From positions 128,001 through 192,000 of the forward strand of contig CAVPCR010000005.1 of the NCBI GenBank assembly GCA_963702435.1: a DNA stretch of 64,000 nt, read 5' to 3'. Within the stretch, counting starts at the first letter, position 1, and every line of letters starts with the position of its first letter. A program made the translations under genes and the position numbers. The stretch is from Candidatus Eiseniibacteriota bacterium (GTDB lineage: Bacteria; Eisenbacteria; RBG-16-71-46; CAVPCR01). Below the pieces are notes generated by a model. That model worked only from the letters and a program-made list of their open reading frames with translations, did not search any database and was not told the DNA's origin. This document shows positions 1-9,740 of this stretch, piece by piece.

Positions 1-36
1 AGGATCGGCTCGCGACCGGCCGTTCGGCTCGAATCG

Positions 37-843
37 TTAGCGATAGACCGCCTTGATGCTCCCCCAGGTGGTCGGCTCGACCGGCACGGTGCCCAGGTCC
101 TCGTAGCAGATGTTCGCCCACGACGCCCGCAGGCACGTCGGGCTGCCCGCCTGGTTGAAGATCTGAGTATGCCCGCCGACGCGCGCATCGTTCAGGATGC
201 CCCACTGGCCGTACGGCTCATTGGGATTGCCCTGGTCGAAAGGCAGCACCGGGCTCGTGTAGGTCTGGCTCAGGTAGACGAGCTTGTACTCGATCGTCCC
301 CGGGTTCGTCTGGCTCAGTCCGTTGGGCAGGTACTTGATCTCGAGGTGGATCATGTTGCCCTTGGTGTAGGTGACGCCCTGCTGCGCGGTGAACGAGTAG
401 AACGGGAGCCGCCCGCCGAAGCAAGCGATCTCGCCGTCGGTCGTCCGCACGTTCAGCCGGCCGTCCACGTCCTGCGACCACCACGGCGAAACCTGCAGGC
501 CCGACTCGCCCTGGCCGGTCCCACTGAGGGTGAGATCGGCGCAGAAGCGAAAGCCGTCATTGTTGTTGAAGACGAGCGGATTCGAGCCGTCGCTCGAGAA
601 CCGCCAGACGTGCAGGTTGGCGAACCCGGTCGCGCAGTCCAGGCAGTCCTCGATCGCGACTTCCGCCGGATAGTTATTGGTCGTCGTCAGCAGCGAGGTC
701 TGGCAGTCGTTGAAGATGCGAGTCCGGATCACCGCGCTGTTCGGGATCGGGCTCACCGCCCCGCTCTCCGGCGCCAGGGCAGCCAGGGCGATGAGGACCA
801 CCGCCGCGCCCGCCAGCACTCTGTAGACGTTTGTACGAATCAT
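37..843 (-). CDS. Secreted hypothetical protein with C-terminal PVEPTTWGSIKAVYR tail
   Basis: ATG at 843 preceded by AGAGGAGG; signal peptide MIRTNVYRVLAGAAVVLIALAALAPESGA; beta-rich Cys-containing body; ends TWGSIKAVYR. Confidence 0.8.
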   Translation of the reverse strand: MIRTNVYRVLAGAAVVLIALAALAPESGAVSPIPNSAVIRTRIFNDCQTSLLTTTNNYPAEVAIEDCLDCATGFANLHVWRFSSDGSNPLVFNNNDGFRFCADLTLSGTGQGESGLQVSPWWSQDVDGRLNVRTTDGEIACFGGRLPFYSFTAQQGVTYTKGNMIHLEIKYLPNGLSQTNPGTIEYKLVYLSQTYTSPVLPFDQGNPNEPYGQWGILNDARVGGHTQIFNQAGSPTCLRASWANICYEDLGTVPVEPTTWGSIKAVYR

Positions 844-955
844 GATGTCTTGCCTCCTCTTGCGATGGATGAACACGAACTCTACCCAGTAGATTGTACC
901 ACCACTCGGCAGGTCCGCACGAGGGCGGGCGGCGGCCATGCCTCCCGCCCGAAAC

Positions 956-2552
956 CTAGTGGACGAGCACACACCTCCTCCCTACCTGCTGGCCGTTCTG
1001 AGCGAGCTCGTAGTAGTAGATCCCGCTCGGGAGACCCTCCCCGTCGAGAACGGTCTCGTGCTCGCCGGCGGGCTGGACGCCCTGGACGAGCGTCTTCACC
1101 GGCCGACCCAGCACGTCGTAGAGAACGAGCGAAACCTGACCGGGGGCCGCCAGGCGGTACGGCACCACGGTGGAACGGCGGAACGGATTGGGCGCGTTCT
1201 GGAAGAGAGCGAGCCGGCCCGCGCCGGGAGCCGGTCCCGGGGCGACACCGCTGACCGCCCGGAAGTCGGCGACCGCCAGGCCCGCCTGGATGTAGGGATT
1301 GCCCATGAAGCGGTTCCAGATCGCCTGCGTGCGGTGGTTCTCGATCATCAGGATGATCGGTCCCTGGTCGATGCCCAGGTAGTCGGTGTCGTACCAGTTC
1401 TGGGTCGGATTGAACGCATCCTTGAAGCCGTAGGTCGACCACAGGAGCGGGTAGTTGGCGTAGAAGTACTCGAGGGTCGGGATCGCGATCTCGGGCGCGA
1501 ACGGCACCGAGCCGCCGACCGCGCTCGGGGACCAGGGTCCCGTTGTCGTTCTGCGGCGGCGGCGCGCCGCGCGCCGAGTAACCGAACGGATCGTCGCTCG
1601 CGGTGATGCCCCAGCCGTTGGCGCCGTACCCGGTGAAGCCGCCGGGGTTGGCGATGCAGTAGGCCTGCTGGGCGAGGGTCGCGCGCCGCGAGTTCTCGAA
1701 GTAGTCGATCCCCCGCAGCCGCATGTAGGCGTCCCGGATGTTCCGGAAATCGATCCAGCAGTGCGAGTACTGGTGCCCGAAGAGCGGCGGGAAGACGACG
1801 TAGGTCTGGCCGTAGTGCGTTTCCCAGCGGTAGCCGCTGGTCCACGTGGACCACATGGTGGCGTAGTTCGGTGGGTGCGTGGGCGAGCCGAAGGCGAGGA
1901 TGTAGAGGATCATCGCCTCGTTGTAGCCGACCCAGGTGCCGAAGGTGTTGAACCCGGTCTCCGGCTTCCAGCCCATGCGGATCCCCGGGCCCGAGGCGCG
2001 GAACCACTCCCAGTCGGCGCGGAGATAGATCGAGTCGGCGAGCGCCCGCACCTGCACGTCGAGCGGATCCTGCGTCGTGAAGTACTCCCGCGCGTCGAGG
2101 ATCCCGGCGAAGAGGAGCGCCGTGTCGATGCTCGAGAGCTCGCAGCTCCACGTGCGGAGCGCGGTGTTCATGGTCAGGAAGTGGTAGAAGAACCCCTTGT
2201 AGCCGATGGTCCCGCTCGGCGCGGTGCCCTGGGGTCCGGTCCAGAATGTATTGAGCGTGGTCAGGACCCGCGCCCGGCCTTCTTCCCGCGTGACGTAGCC
2301 GCGGTCGATCCCGGTGCAGATGGCGGAGAGGCCGAAGCCGACGGCCGCGATCGAGCACGGCGAGCCGCTCGTCGAGCGGTCCTTGATGAGGCCGTTGGCC
2401 GGATTGGCCTCGTTCCAGAAGTAGTCGAACGTCGCCTCCTCGAGCGTGTCCAGGAACACGTCGGTGGCCGGCGCCTGGGCGCGGGCGGTGCCGGCGCCGA
2501 GCCCGGCGCTGGCGACGAGCAGCGCGCCGATGAGTGTCAGTGCTGGTCTCAT
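956..2552 (-). CDS. Secreted glucoamylase-family (GH144-like endo-beta-1,2-glucanase) protein with FlgD/T9SS-like C-terminal domain; apparent frameshift at ~1527-1530
   Basis: Signal peptide; motifs SIAAVGFGL, KGFFYHF, ELSSIDTALL, GYNEAMILY, PPLFGHQYSH, DYFENSRRAT; other frame continues YLGIDQGPI and QNAPNPF...LYDVLGR...SGIYYY; removing one G from GGGG 1527-1530 restores GTLVPSAVGGSVPFAPE. Confidence 0.85.
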
Positions 2553-2602
2553 GATCTTCTTGTCCTCACTCTCCGTCCGCTCCACTTGAGAATGCGAACT
2601 CG

Positions 2603-3619
2603 TCAAAACGCGAGTTCGAAGGTCACCCGATGGTTCGAGCCCAGGTACTCGTGCGTCCCCCAGCCGTAGTCGAACTGGAACTCGGTGCCGCTGAACGCGG
2701 CCTTGACGCCCGCGCCGAGCGTGAGGCCGAGCTCCGAGTCCTCCTGGAACAGGTTCTGGTACCCGGCGCGCAGCGCGAGCGTGTCCTTCCACAGCCACTC
2801 CGCGCCCAGGCTCATGCTCTCGGTGTTGTCGCTCGGGTGGTAGGCGTCCACGACGACGAGGAGCGCGCTCTCCTCGTCCACCCGGTACGGCATGCTGACT
2901 CCGATCCGGAAGAGGATGGGCACCGGGAAGTCGCCGGTGTACTGGTCGGCCGGCAGCGCGCTGTTGTTGCCGTACTCGTCCGGGTTCGGGTCGTACTGGA
3001 TGGCCAGCACCTGCCCCGAGTAGCGGGCCGTAGTGCCGAGGTGCGAGAGGCTCGCCCCGAGCTTGAGCCCCGCCGCCGTGAGCCGGTAGGTGGCGCCGAG
3101 ACTCGCGGTGAAGGCGTCCGCCGATGCCTGCCAGATCTGCTCGTTCACATAGTTGATCTGGCCGCCGGCGACGAAGCGCTCCGTGACGTGCCGCCCGTAG
3201 CCGAGGGCGACCGCCACGTCGGACACCGTGTAGCGCTCGCCGGTGCCGAGCGGCTGGCTCACCGTGCGCACGTCGATCTCGCCCGAGCTGAGCGCGGTGA
3301 CGCTGCCGAAGAGGGTGCCGAAGCCCAGCGGATAGGCCAGCGCGGCGTAGTTGTAGTTGATCCCGGCGAACCAGGCATTGTGCGTGAACTGGGCCACCGG
3401 GCGTTCGAGCGCGCCGAGCGCGCTCGGGTTGTAGTAGACGGCCTGCAGCCCCTCGTCGACGGCGACGCCCGCGTTGCCCATCCCCGCGAAGCGCGCCCCG
3501 GGCTCGACCGCCAGGAACTGGCCGAAGGTGGTGCCGACCTTGGTCTGCGCCACCGCCGGCCCCCCGGCGCCGAGACCCGCGAGTCCCGCGATGATCAGGG
3601 TCACGATCGCCTTTCTCAT
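2603..3619 (-). CDS. PorV/PorQ-family outer-membrane beta-barrel (T9SS-associated shuttle-like)
   Basis: Signal peptide; FLAVEPGARFAGMGNAGVA...YYNPSAL N-terminal motif; C-terminal DYGW...HRVTFELAF. Confidence 0.8.
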   Translation of the reverse strand: MRKAIVTLIIAGLAGLGAGGPAVAQTKVGTTFGQFLAVEPGARFAGMGNAGVAVDEGLQAVYYNPSALGALERPVAQFTHNAWFAGINYNYAALAYPLGFGTLFGSVTALSSGEIDVRTVSQPLGTGERYTVSDVAVALGYGRHVTERFVAGGQINYVNEQIWQASADAFTASLGATYRLTAAGLKLGASLSHLGTTARYSGQVLAIQYDPNPDEYGNNSALPADQYTGDFPVPILFRIGVSMPYRVDEESALLVVVDAYHPSDNTESMSLGAEWLWKDTLALRAGYQNLFQEDSELGLTLGAGVKAAFSGTEFQFDYGWGTHEYLGSNHRVTFELAF

Positions 3620-3633
3620 GCCCACCGTCCCGT

Positions 3634-6600
3634 TCACTTGATGATCGCGAACTTGCCTATGAACTCGCCCAGGTCTCCGCCGTCGACGTGGAAGATGTAG
3701 AGACCCGGCGCCACGTCCAGGTTGTCCTTGGTGCGCAGATCCCACGGCACGTACCCCGCGGTCGACCCATCCTGGGAGAGCGTCTGCACGAGCTCCCCGC
3801 GCACCGTGAAGATGCGAATGGTGCACCGACTCGGCAGGCCGCGGAACTCGAGTCGTCGCTCCCCGCGCCCGGAGACGGCGAAGCGCTCCGGCTCGAACTC
3901 GGCGGACGCGACATAGGGGTTGGGCACGACGTAGGGTTCCTCGCCCCACTCCGCCTTCGCCTGCGCCGCATCGACGTACTCGCCGCTGGTGCGGAAGACG
4001 AAGACGTCGTCCGAGCTGAGCGGCTGCGTGATCTTCAAGTCGAAGACGTCGCCGTCCCCGGGCGGCGCGAGCGGGCCGCGGTCCGCCTGGCCGAGCGTGT
4101 CGAGCTCGGCGTGCCACGTGATGAGCGACTGCGGACTCGGCGCGCCGTCGAAGTAGGTCAGGATGTCGATGTACTCCCCGTCCTGGCTGAGCGTGCCGTC
4201 GAGGTCGAAGTCGAGGAAATCGAATTCGAGGCCGATGTCGCCCGTGTCGGCGTGCGCGTAGGCCTTGAACTTGGCCGGGGTCGGCACGTTCGGGAAGAGC
4301 CCGAGCGAGGTGTCCACCACGACGTCGCTGAACACGATCGAGACGTTCTCCGGGAATCCGGTGCGCCGGAGGTTGATCGGGAGCCCGGGCTGGTAGCCGA
4401 CGAGGAGCTTCGAGTTCGTCGGGCTCCCCGGCCGGTACCCGGTGCCGGCGGAGTCGATCTCGACGGTCGCCTGCGTCGCCACGTACGGGAGGAGCCCGGC
4501 GCCCACCGGCCCCACACCCTGCCCCTCGAGGTCCCGCCCCTTGGTGAAGAGGACCTCCCCGGTCGTCGAGTCGCTGAGCGCATAGGTCGCGGCGCGGATC
4601 GAGTCCGCGGCCGGGGTGGTGAAGGTGATCTTGTAGACGTGGTCGTCCTCGATGAGACCCGAGTTGACGACCTCGACCGCGGCCGTTCCGGCGCCGCGGC
4701 CGGCGATCTTCTCGGCGGCCCCCGCCGTCGCCGGCACGAAGCCGAGCACGCGCGGGTTCGGGCGCACGGCCACGACGTTCGGCGGCAGGATCAGGCCGCC
4801 GCGCGGGGTGCGCGAGGGCGTGATCGCGTTCTCGGACGGGTAGAAGTTGAACTCGTCGGACCCGAAATCGTAGGCGCAGACCGCGTAGTAGTAGTCCTGG
4901 CCGTTGGTGACGGTCGAGTCGGTCCAGGTGTGCCGGACCCCCGTATCCTCGCCCAGGAAGTACGCCACGCCCTCGACCGTCAGATCGGAGAACCCGGTCC
5001 TCCCGTCGGCGAGGTCGAACTGCGCGATCGGCCTCCCGTTCCCGATCGGGCCCGAGCCGGTGCCGGTCAGGATCACCTGGGGGTCCCTGAACTCGGGATC
5101 GGTCGACCGGTAGATGCGGTAGCCCTCGAAGTCGAACTCCCCGGTCACCGGATCGGCGCCGCGCTCGGCCACATCGTCCCAGGAGAGCCGCACGAAACCG
5201 TCGCCGACCTCGGCGGTGGCCGTGGGCAGCGGCGGCGGCACCGCGAACCGGTAGTTCGCGTTGTAGATCTGCTGTACGACATCGACCGTGCGGCGGAGCT
5301 CGCCCAGGTCGCCGCCGTAGGCGAGAGCGAGGCTGAAGCGCTCGGTCTTCCCGGCCGCGAGGGTGAAAGGTCCCGAGGCGAAAAGGAATCCGATGTTGTA
5401 GTTCTCGGCGAGCGGCGGATCGAAACGGTCCGTGGAATCCGGATCCGAGAACTGCGTGAAGAGCCGCTCCGGCCAGTTCGCCTGGTCGGTGTAGAAGAGG
5501 ACGTTGTCGGTCTCGGGGTTCGGGTTCCCCTGGCCGGCCCGGATGCGGTTCATCTTGAAGCCGGTGAGCCCGATCTGATCCGACTCGTTCAAGTCCGTGC
5601 GATCGAAGTTCGGTTCGCCCGTGGTCGGCCGGCCGTCGCCCTCTCCCGAGTCGCCCGACTCGGGGATCCCGTCGCCCCCGAGGTCATGGAGCTCGGCCAC
5701 CCAGTCCATGTCCTCGTCGCCCGTCCACCAGGCGCCCACGCGATAGGCAGGGCGGTTCAAGAGGGGACCGTAGGTCGCCTCGAAGCTGGTGCGGTTGTAG
5801 TTCGCGTCCACGTAGTTGGCGATCGCCGGCTGACCGGAGATGAGCTCGCCCGGCCCGCCGTCGCGGAGCTCGTTCGTGATGCCATCCTCGTCGTTGTCGA
5901 GCTCGTCGAGCGCGTTGCCAGGCGTCTCGAGGTAGGCGTAGCCGACGTACCCGGTGCGCCCGCAGTTGCTCGTCAAGTCGCGCCCGTGCCCGCGCTTGTC
6001 CCAGGTGTAGACCAGGTTGATCACCTGCTCGTTCAAGGTGCGGTCGAAGAAGGCGTTGTCATCGTCCGATTCGTAGATCCCGTCGCAGGAGAGAGCCGAG
6101 CCGCCCACGCCCGAGTCCATGTAGAGACCGAACACGATGTTGTCGTTGTAGTCGGTCGTGCTCTCGTTCGTGATGTCGTAGTGCCAGAAGATGACGTTCC
6201 GCGCCTGCGGGTTCGCCCACTGGAAGCCGCGCACCTCGATGCGGAGCCCGAGGCCGCGCCGGCTCGTGTCGCGGCTGTCGGGGAAGTAGTTCCACGCGTC
6301 GTAGAACTGGTCGTCCATGACCGTGTAGGACTCCTGGTCGGCGACCACCTGCTTCCCGAAATAGCCATTCCAGCTCCCGCGCCAGCCCGGGTCGTCGAGG
6401 TCGTCGAGCCGGTCGGGCCAGGACGCGGGCCAGGTGCGCGGGTCGTTGCTCACGGCCGGCGAGCGGGCCGGATTGTCCGACGGGCTCGGCTCGAAGTAGC
6501 CGGGCCGCGGCTCGAAGCGCATGATGCGGTTCTGCCCGGGGCTGATCCCCTGCCGCTCGCGGTACCCGGTCTCCATGATGTAGGAGGTGGATCCGTCGCG

Positions 6601-6960
6601 CTGGGTGATCTGGGCGAGCACGAACGGCGTGATGCCGTCCGAGTAGTTCATGCCCGAGCCCTTCGGCACCTCGACCGAGTGGAACACGCTCAGGTCCACA
6701 TTCGCGGGGTCCGCCGGGTAGTCGCCGACCATGCCGTAGTTCCAGAAGACCGTGCGCATGCTGTTGGCGTCATGGAAACCCGAGCGCTCGGCGTCGAGCT
6801 GGCCGCGCTGGTCCGGGGGCACCGGCGTCGGGACGCCGCCGGCCGCCGGCCAGGCGCCGGCGAGCGCGATCAGGAGCGCCACGAGCGCGTGGCGCGCACC
6901 AAGCCGGCGCGCATCCTGCCGCCGGCATGTCTTGACGAACCCCTCCCCGGTCATCCTCAC
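3634..6960 (-). CDS. Large (~1100 aa) surface protein with DxDxDG Ca-binding-like motifs, FN3-like segment and T9SS/FlgD-like C-terminal domain
   Basis: Hydrophobic signal region; DNDEDG and DFDLDG motifs; VRLSWD...FEGYRIYRS...YYYAVCAYD; C-terminus VVPNPY...IRIFTVRGELV...WDLRTKDNLDVAPGLYIFHV; start may be 6954. Confidence 0.8.
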   Translation of the reverse strand: MRMTGEGFVKTCRRQDARRLGARHALVALLIALAGAWPAAGGVPTPVPPDQRGQLDAERSGFHDANSMRTVFWNYGMVGDYPADPANVDLSVFHSVEVPKGSGMNYSDGITPFVLAQITQRDGSTSYIMETGYRERQGISPGQNRIMRFEPRPGYFEPSPSDNPARSPAVSNDPRTWPASWPDRLDDLDDPGWRGSWNGYFGKQVVADQESYTVMDDQFYDAWNYFPDSRDTSRRGLGLRIEVRGFQWANPQARNVIFWHYDITNESTTDYNDNIVFGLYMDSGVGGSALSCDGIYESDDDNAFFDRTLNEQVINLVYTWDKRGHGRDLTSNCGRTGYVGYAYLETPGNALDELDNDEDGITNELRDGGPGELISGQPAIANYVDANYNRTSFEATYGPLLNRPAYRVGAWWTGDEDMDWVAELHDLGGDGIPESGDSGEGDGRPTTGEPNFDRTDLNESDQIGLTGFKMNRIRAGQGNPNPETDNVLFYTDQANWPERLFTQFSDPDSTDRFDPPLAENYNIGFLFASGPFTLAAGKTERFSLALAYGGDLGELRRTVDVVQQIYNANYRFAVPPPLPTATAEVGDGFVRLSWDDVAERGADPVTGEFDFEGYRIYRSTDPEFRDPQVILTGTGSGPIGNGRPIAQFDLADGRTGFSDLTVEGVAYFLGEDTGVRHTWTDSTVTNGQDYYYAVCAYDFGSDEFNFYPSENAITPSRTPRGGLILPPNVVAVRPNPRVLGFVPATAGAAEKIAGRGAGTAAVEVVNSGLIEDDHVYKITFTTPAADSIRAATYALSDSTTGEVLFTKGRDLEGQGVGPVGAGLLPYVATQATVEIDSAGTGYRPGSPTNSKLLVGYQPGLPINLRRTGFPENVSIVFSDVVVDTSLGLFPNVPTPAKFKAYAHADTGDIGLEFDFLDFDLDGTLSQDGEYIDILTYFDGAPSPQSLITWHAELDTLGQADRGPLAPPGDGDVFDLKITQPLSSDDVFVFRTSGEYVDAAQAKAEWGEEPYVVPNPYVASAEFEPERFAVSGRGERRLEFRGLPSRCTIRIFTVRGELVQTLSQDGSTAGYVPWDLRTKDNLDVAPGLYIFHVDGGDLGEFIGKFAIIK

Positions 6961-9641
6961 AAGGCCTCCTCACCCAGACGGAAACCGAACTCGATCCGGC
7001 GCGGCGAATAGAGCCGCGTCGGATTGGCGAGCGCCGCCGCGTCGGCCTCCGGGAAGCGCGAGTAATAGGGGCTGCCCGTGCTCGAGAACACGTCCCCGTT
7101 GAAATAGTCGCTGTCGAAGATGTTGAAGGCCCGTCCGAAGATGCTGATCGGCACGCCGGAGGTCTTCACCGGCACTGCGCCGCGCAGATCGAGCAGGAAC
7201 CCGGCCGGCTTGCGCCCCGAGTTGGCCTCGAGTCCGAACCCGTAGCCGGCGTCGAGCACCGGCGTGTAGGGCTGCCCGCTTGCTACCCGGATGATCGCGC
7301 TCAGCGAGTAGCGGGGCTCGGCGTAGGTGATCGTCGAGTTGAAGGTGTGCCGCTGGTCCCAGTTGAACGGGATCTCGCGCGGGCGCGGGTCCTCCCCCGC
7401 CTCGGCCCGGGTCGAGGTCTCGCGCGGATCGCTCGAGTTCCCGGTGGCCTGCTGCCAGGTGTAGTCGATCGCGATGGCGAGCGGGCCGTACTCGACGAAG
7501 TCCATGGACAGGGTGATGCCGACCACGTTGCCGAAGTCGACGTTGGTGAGGCGCGCGTACTCGGCGTTGTTGTAGGTCGTGATGAACTCGACGCCGAGGA
7601 GATCCCGGATGTCCTTGTAGAAGGTGGTGGCGTCGATGCCGATCTTGTCGGTCAGCGCCTGTCGGTAGCCGATCTCGTACTGCACCGTCTGCTCGGGCTT
7701 GACGTCGGGGTTCCCCATCACCCCGTAGTCGATGCCGCCGGCTTGCAGGTTCCGGAGCCGCCGGTAGTCCGAGTTGTCGAAGATGGTCCCGATCGCCGGG
7801 TACTGGTAGAAGTGACCGTAGGCGAGGTGAATGCCAGCCCGCTCGCCGATCGGATAGGCGACGCCGAGCCGCGGCGACAGGTTGGCCTTGGCGGTGGTCG
7901 GCTGGTCGGGAACGACCGGCGCCCCGGCGATCGAGTTGGCCGGGTTGGCCGGGTCGCCCGGCACGTAGGAGCGGGCGCTGAAGTAGTCGAAGCGGAGCCC
8001 GGCGCGAAGCGTCAGATCCTCCCATTCGATCTGGTCCTGGATGTAGGCGTCGCCGATGATCGGCCGGTACTCGATCGGTGCCGGGTAGTCCGGCGGATCG
8101 TCGATGTGTCGGACGAGCTGCTGCCGCCCGTCGACCGTGGCATAGGTGAGCCACCCGGGCGTGCCGAACTCGACCTGGGGGAAGAAGATCTCGCCGCCGC
8201 CCTTGACCAGGTGCTGGCCGTTCACCTGGCTCGAGAGGGCACCCTTGGCGAGCCACGTGTTGGTCCGCTGCTCGAACCGGGCGATGCTGACACCCTGGAT
8301 GTAGGCGCCCTCCGCGATGCTGGGGTCGCCGATCGCCGGTCCGGCGTCGTCATAGCGCGGATCGTAGACGTCCTCGTACGCCCAGTCGGTGTAGTGGAAG
8401 TGATTGTGGCGGAGGCTCAGATCGAAGATGGTCGTCGGGCTGAACGACTGGTTCCAGTCGAACCCGTGATTGACTGAGTAGGTATGCTGCTCGGTCAGGC
8501 CGTCGGGGTTCAGGACGTAGAAGTAGTCGCTGCGCTGCGACTCTTCGAGATCGAAGATGATCTGGTAGCCGAGCTTCATCTCGGGATTGAAGCTGTGCGT
8601 CAGCTTGGCGAGGCCCGACCACTCGTACGAGTAACCGAGCGGCACTTCCTTGCGGTCGCCCGTCGGCTTCCAGATCTTCTGCTCGAAGTCCGAGGAGTCG
8701 GTCGGCACGAACCAGCGGGTGCCGTAGTAGGGATCCGCCCCGCGGGCGTAGCGGGCGCTCAGGATGTAGCGGGTGTTCTTCGAGACCAGGGGCCCGCCGA
8801 TCGTCCCCTGGTAGCTCTGGCTGCTCACGGGTTGCGCATCCCACGCGACGGGGCGCGAGTCGTCCTCGGGGAAGAAGTAGCTGCCCAGGTAGAACTCGCC
8901 GTTCCAGCGGAACTCCTCGCCGCCGTCCTTGAGCACGGCGTTGACCACCCCGCTCATGGCCTGGCCGTACTCGGCATCGAAGGTGCCGCTGATCACCTGC
9001 ACCTCGCGCAGCACCGAGCGATCGAGGGTCAGGGTCGACGAGTTGTCGTAGGGATTGTTGATGCTGATGCCGTCGACCTGGTACTGCACCTCGTTCTTGC
9101 GCCCGCCGCGGAAGTGGCCGTCGACGACGCCGGCCTGCAGGTTCACCACGTCCTCGAGATCCTGCACCGGGAGCTGCTCGATCTCACGGCTCTCGAGGCT
9201 GGCCCGGGTGTCGGTGAGATCGATGTCGATCGGCAGGCTCCTGGCGTTGACCACGATCTCGGCGGCCGCGATCGTCGTCTCCTTGATCACCACGTCGACA
9301 TCGGTGGTGTTGTCCGCTGAGACCGCGACCCGCTCGACGATCACCGTCTCGTAGCCGATGAAGCTCACGCGCAGCCGGTAGGTGCCGGGCGGCACATTGA
9401 TGATGTTGAAGAGCCCCGTGGCATCGGTGAACCCGCCGAACGACTGATCGAGGACAGCGACCGTGGCGCCGGGCACCGGGCTCTTGTCCTGGTCGCGGAC
9501 ACGGCCGGAGATCTTCCCCGTGGTGCCGGCGAAGAGCGCGGCCGGCCACCAGAGGAATGCAGAGCCCATGAGCGCGAGGACGGCGCCCCGCACCAACCAG
9601 CGACGAAGGTTCACAATCGTGTGACTCCCCTTCGATTGCAT
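6957..9641 (-). CDS. TonB-dependent receptor with N-terminal carboxypeptidase-regulatory-like domain
   Basis: GTTGKISGRV...PGATV...SFIGY; plug HFRGGR...VDGISIN...GTFDAEYGQAMSGVVN; AGLRFDYF, SPRLGVAYPI, GNPDVKPE; start uncertain (9641 or ~9614). Confidence 0.9.
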   Translation of the reverse strand: MQSKGSHTIVNLRRWLVRGAVLALMGSAFLWWPAALFAGTTGKISGRVRDQDKSPVPGATVAVLDQSFGGFTDATGLFNIINVPPGTYRLRVSFIGYETVIVERVAVSADNTTDVDVVIKETTIAAAEIVVNARSLPIDIDLTDTRASLESREIEQLPVQDLEDVVNLQAGVVDGHFRGGRKNEVQYQVDGISINNPYDNSSTLTLDRSVLREVQVISGTFDAEYGQAMSGVVNAVLKDGGEEFRWNGEFYLGSYFFPEDDSRPVAWDAQPVSSQSYQGTIGGPLVSKNTRYILSARYARGADPYYGTRWFVPTDSSDFEQKIWKPTGDRKEVPLGYSYEWSGLAKLTHSFNPEMKLGYQIIFDLEESQRSDYFYVLNPDGLTEQHTYSVNHGFDWNQSFSPTTIFDLSLRHNHFHYTDWAYEDVYDPRYDDAGPAIGDPSIAEGAYIQGVSIARFEQRTNTWLAKGALSSQVNGQHLVKGGGEIFFPQVEFGTPGWLTYATVDGRQQLVRHIDDPPDYPAPIEYRPIIGDAYIQDQIEWEDLTLRAGLRFDYFSARSYVPGDPANPANSIAGAPVVPDQPTTAKANLSPRLGVAYPIGERAGIHLAYGHFYQYPAIGTIFDNSDYRRLRNLQAGGIDYGVMGNPDVKPEQTVQYEIGYRQALTDKIGIDATTFYKDIRDLLGVEFITTYNNAEYARLTNVDFGNVVGITLSMDFVEYGPLAIAIDYTWQQATGNSSDPRETSTRAEAGEDPRPREIPFNWDQRHTFNSTITYAEPRYSLSAIIRVASGQPYTPVLDAGYGFGLEANSGRKPAGFLLDLRGAVPVKTSGVPISIFGRAFNIFDSDYFNGDVFSSTGSPYYSRFPEADAAALANPTRLYSPRRIEFGFRLGEEAL

Positions 9642-9740
9642 CCGTCGATTGCCGCCACCTGTCGCCTCCGGCCGGACCTGGCGGGGCGGCCCGCTCGCGA
9701 GCCGCTCATCCGGATCCGGCCGGAGTGCGCCCCCACGCGC

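Noticed and set aside
1520..1535. Programmed frameshift toggling the secretion domain on the GH144-like protein
   Set aside because: The shift falls inside the catalytic domain (before GIDQGP) at a G4 run; a sequencing indel is more parsimonious
3688..7011. Long antisense ORFs (e.g. 3688-7011, 24582-28433, 13199-16072, 47601-50129, 62779-63987)
   Set aside because: Shadow ORFs of high-GC coding strands; Arg/Ala/Gly-rich with no motifs, opposite well-supported genes
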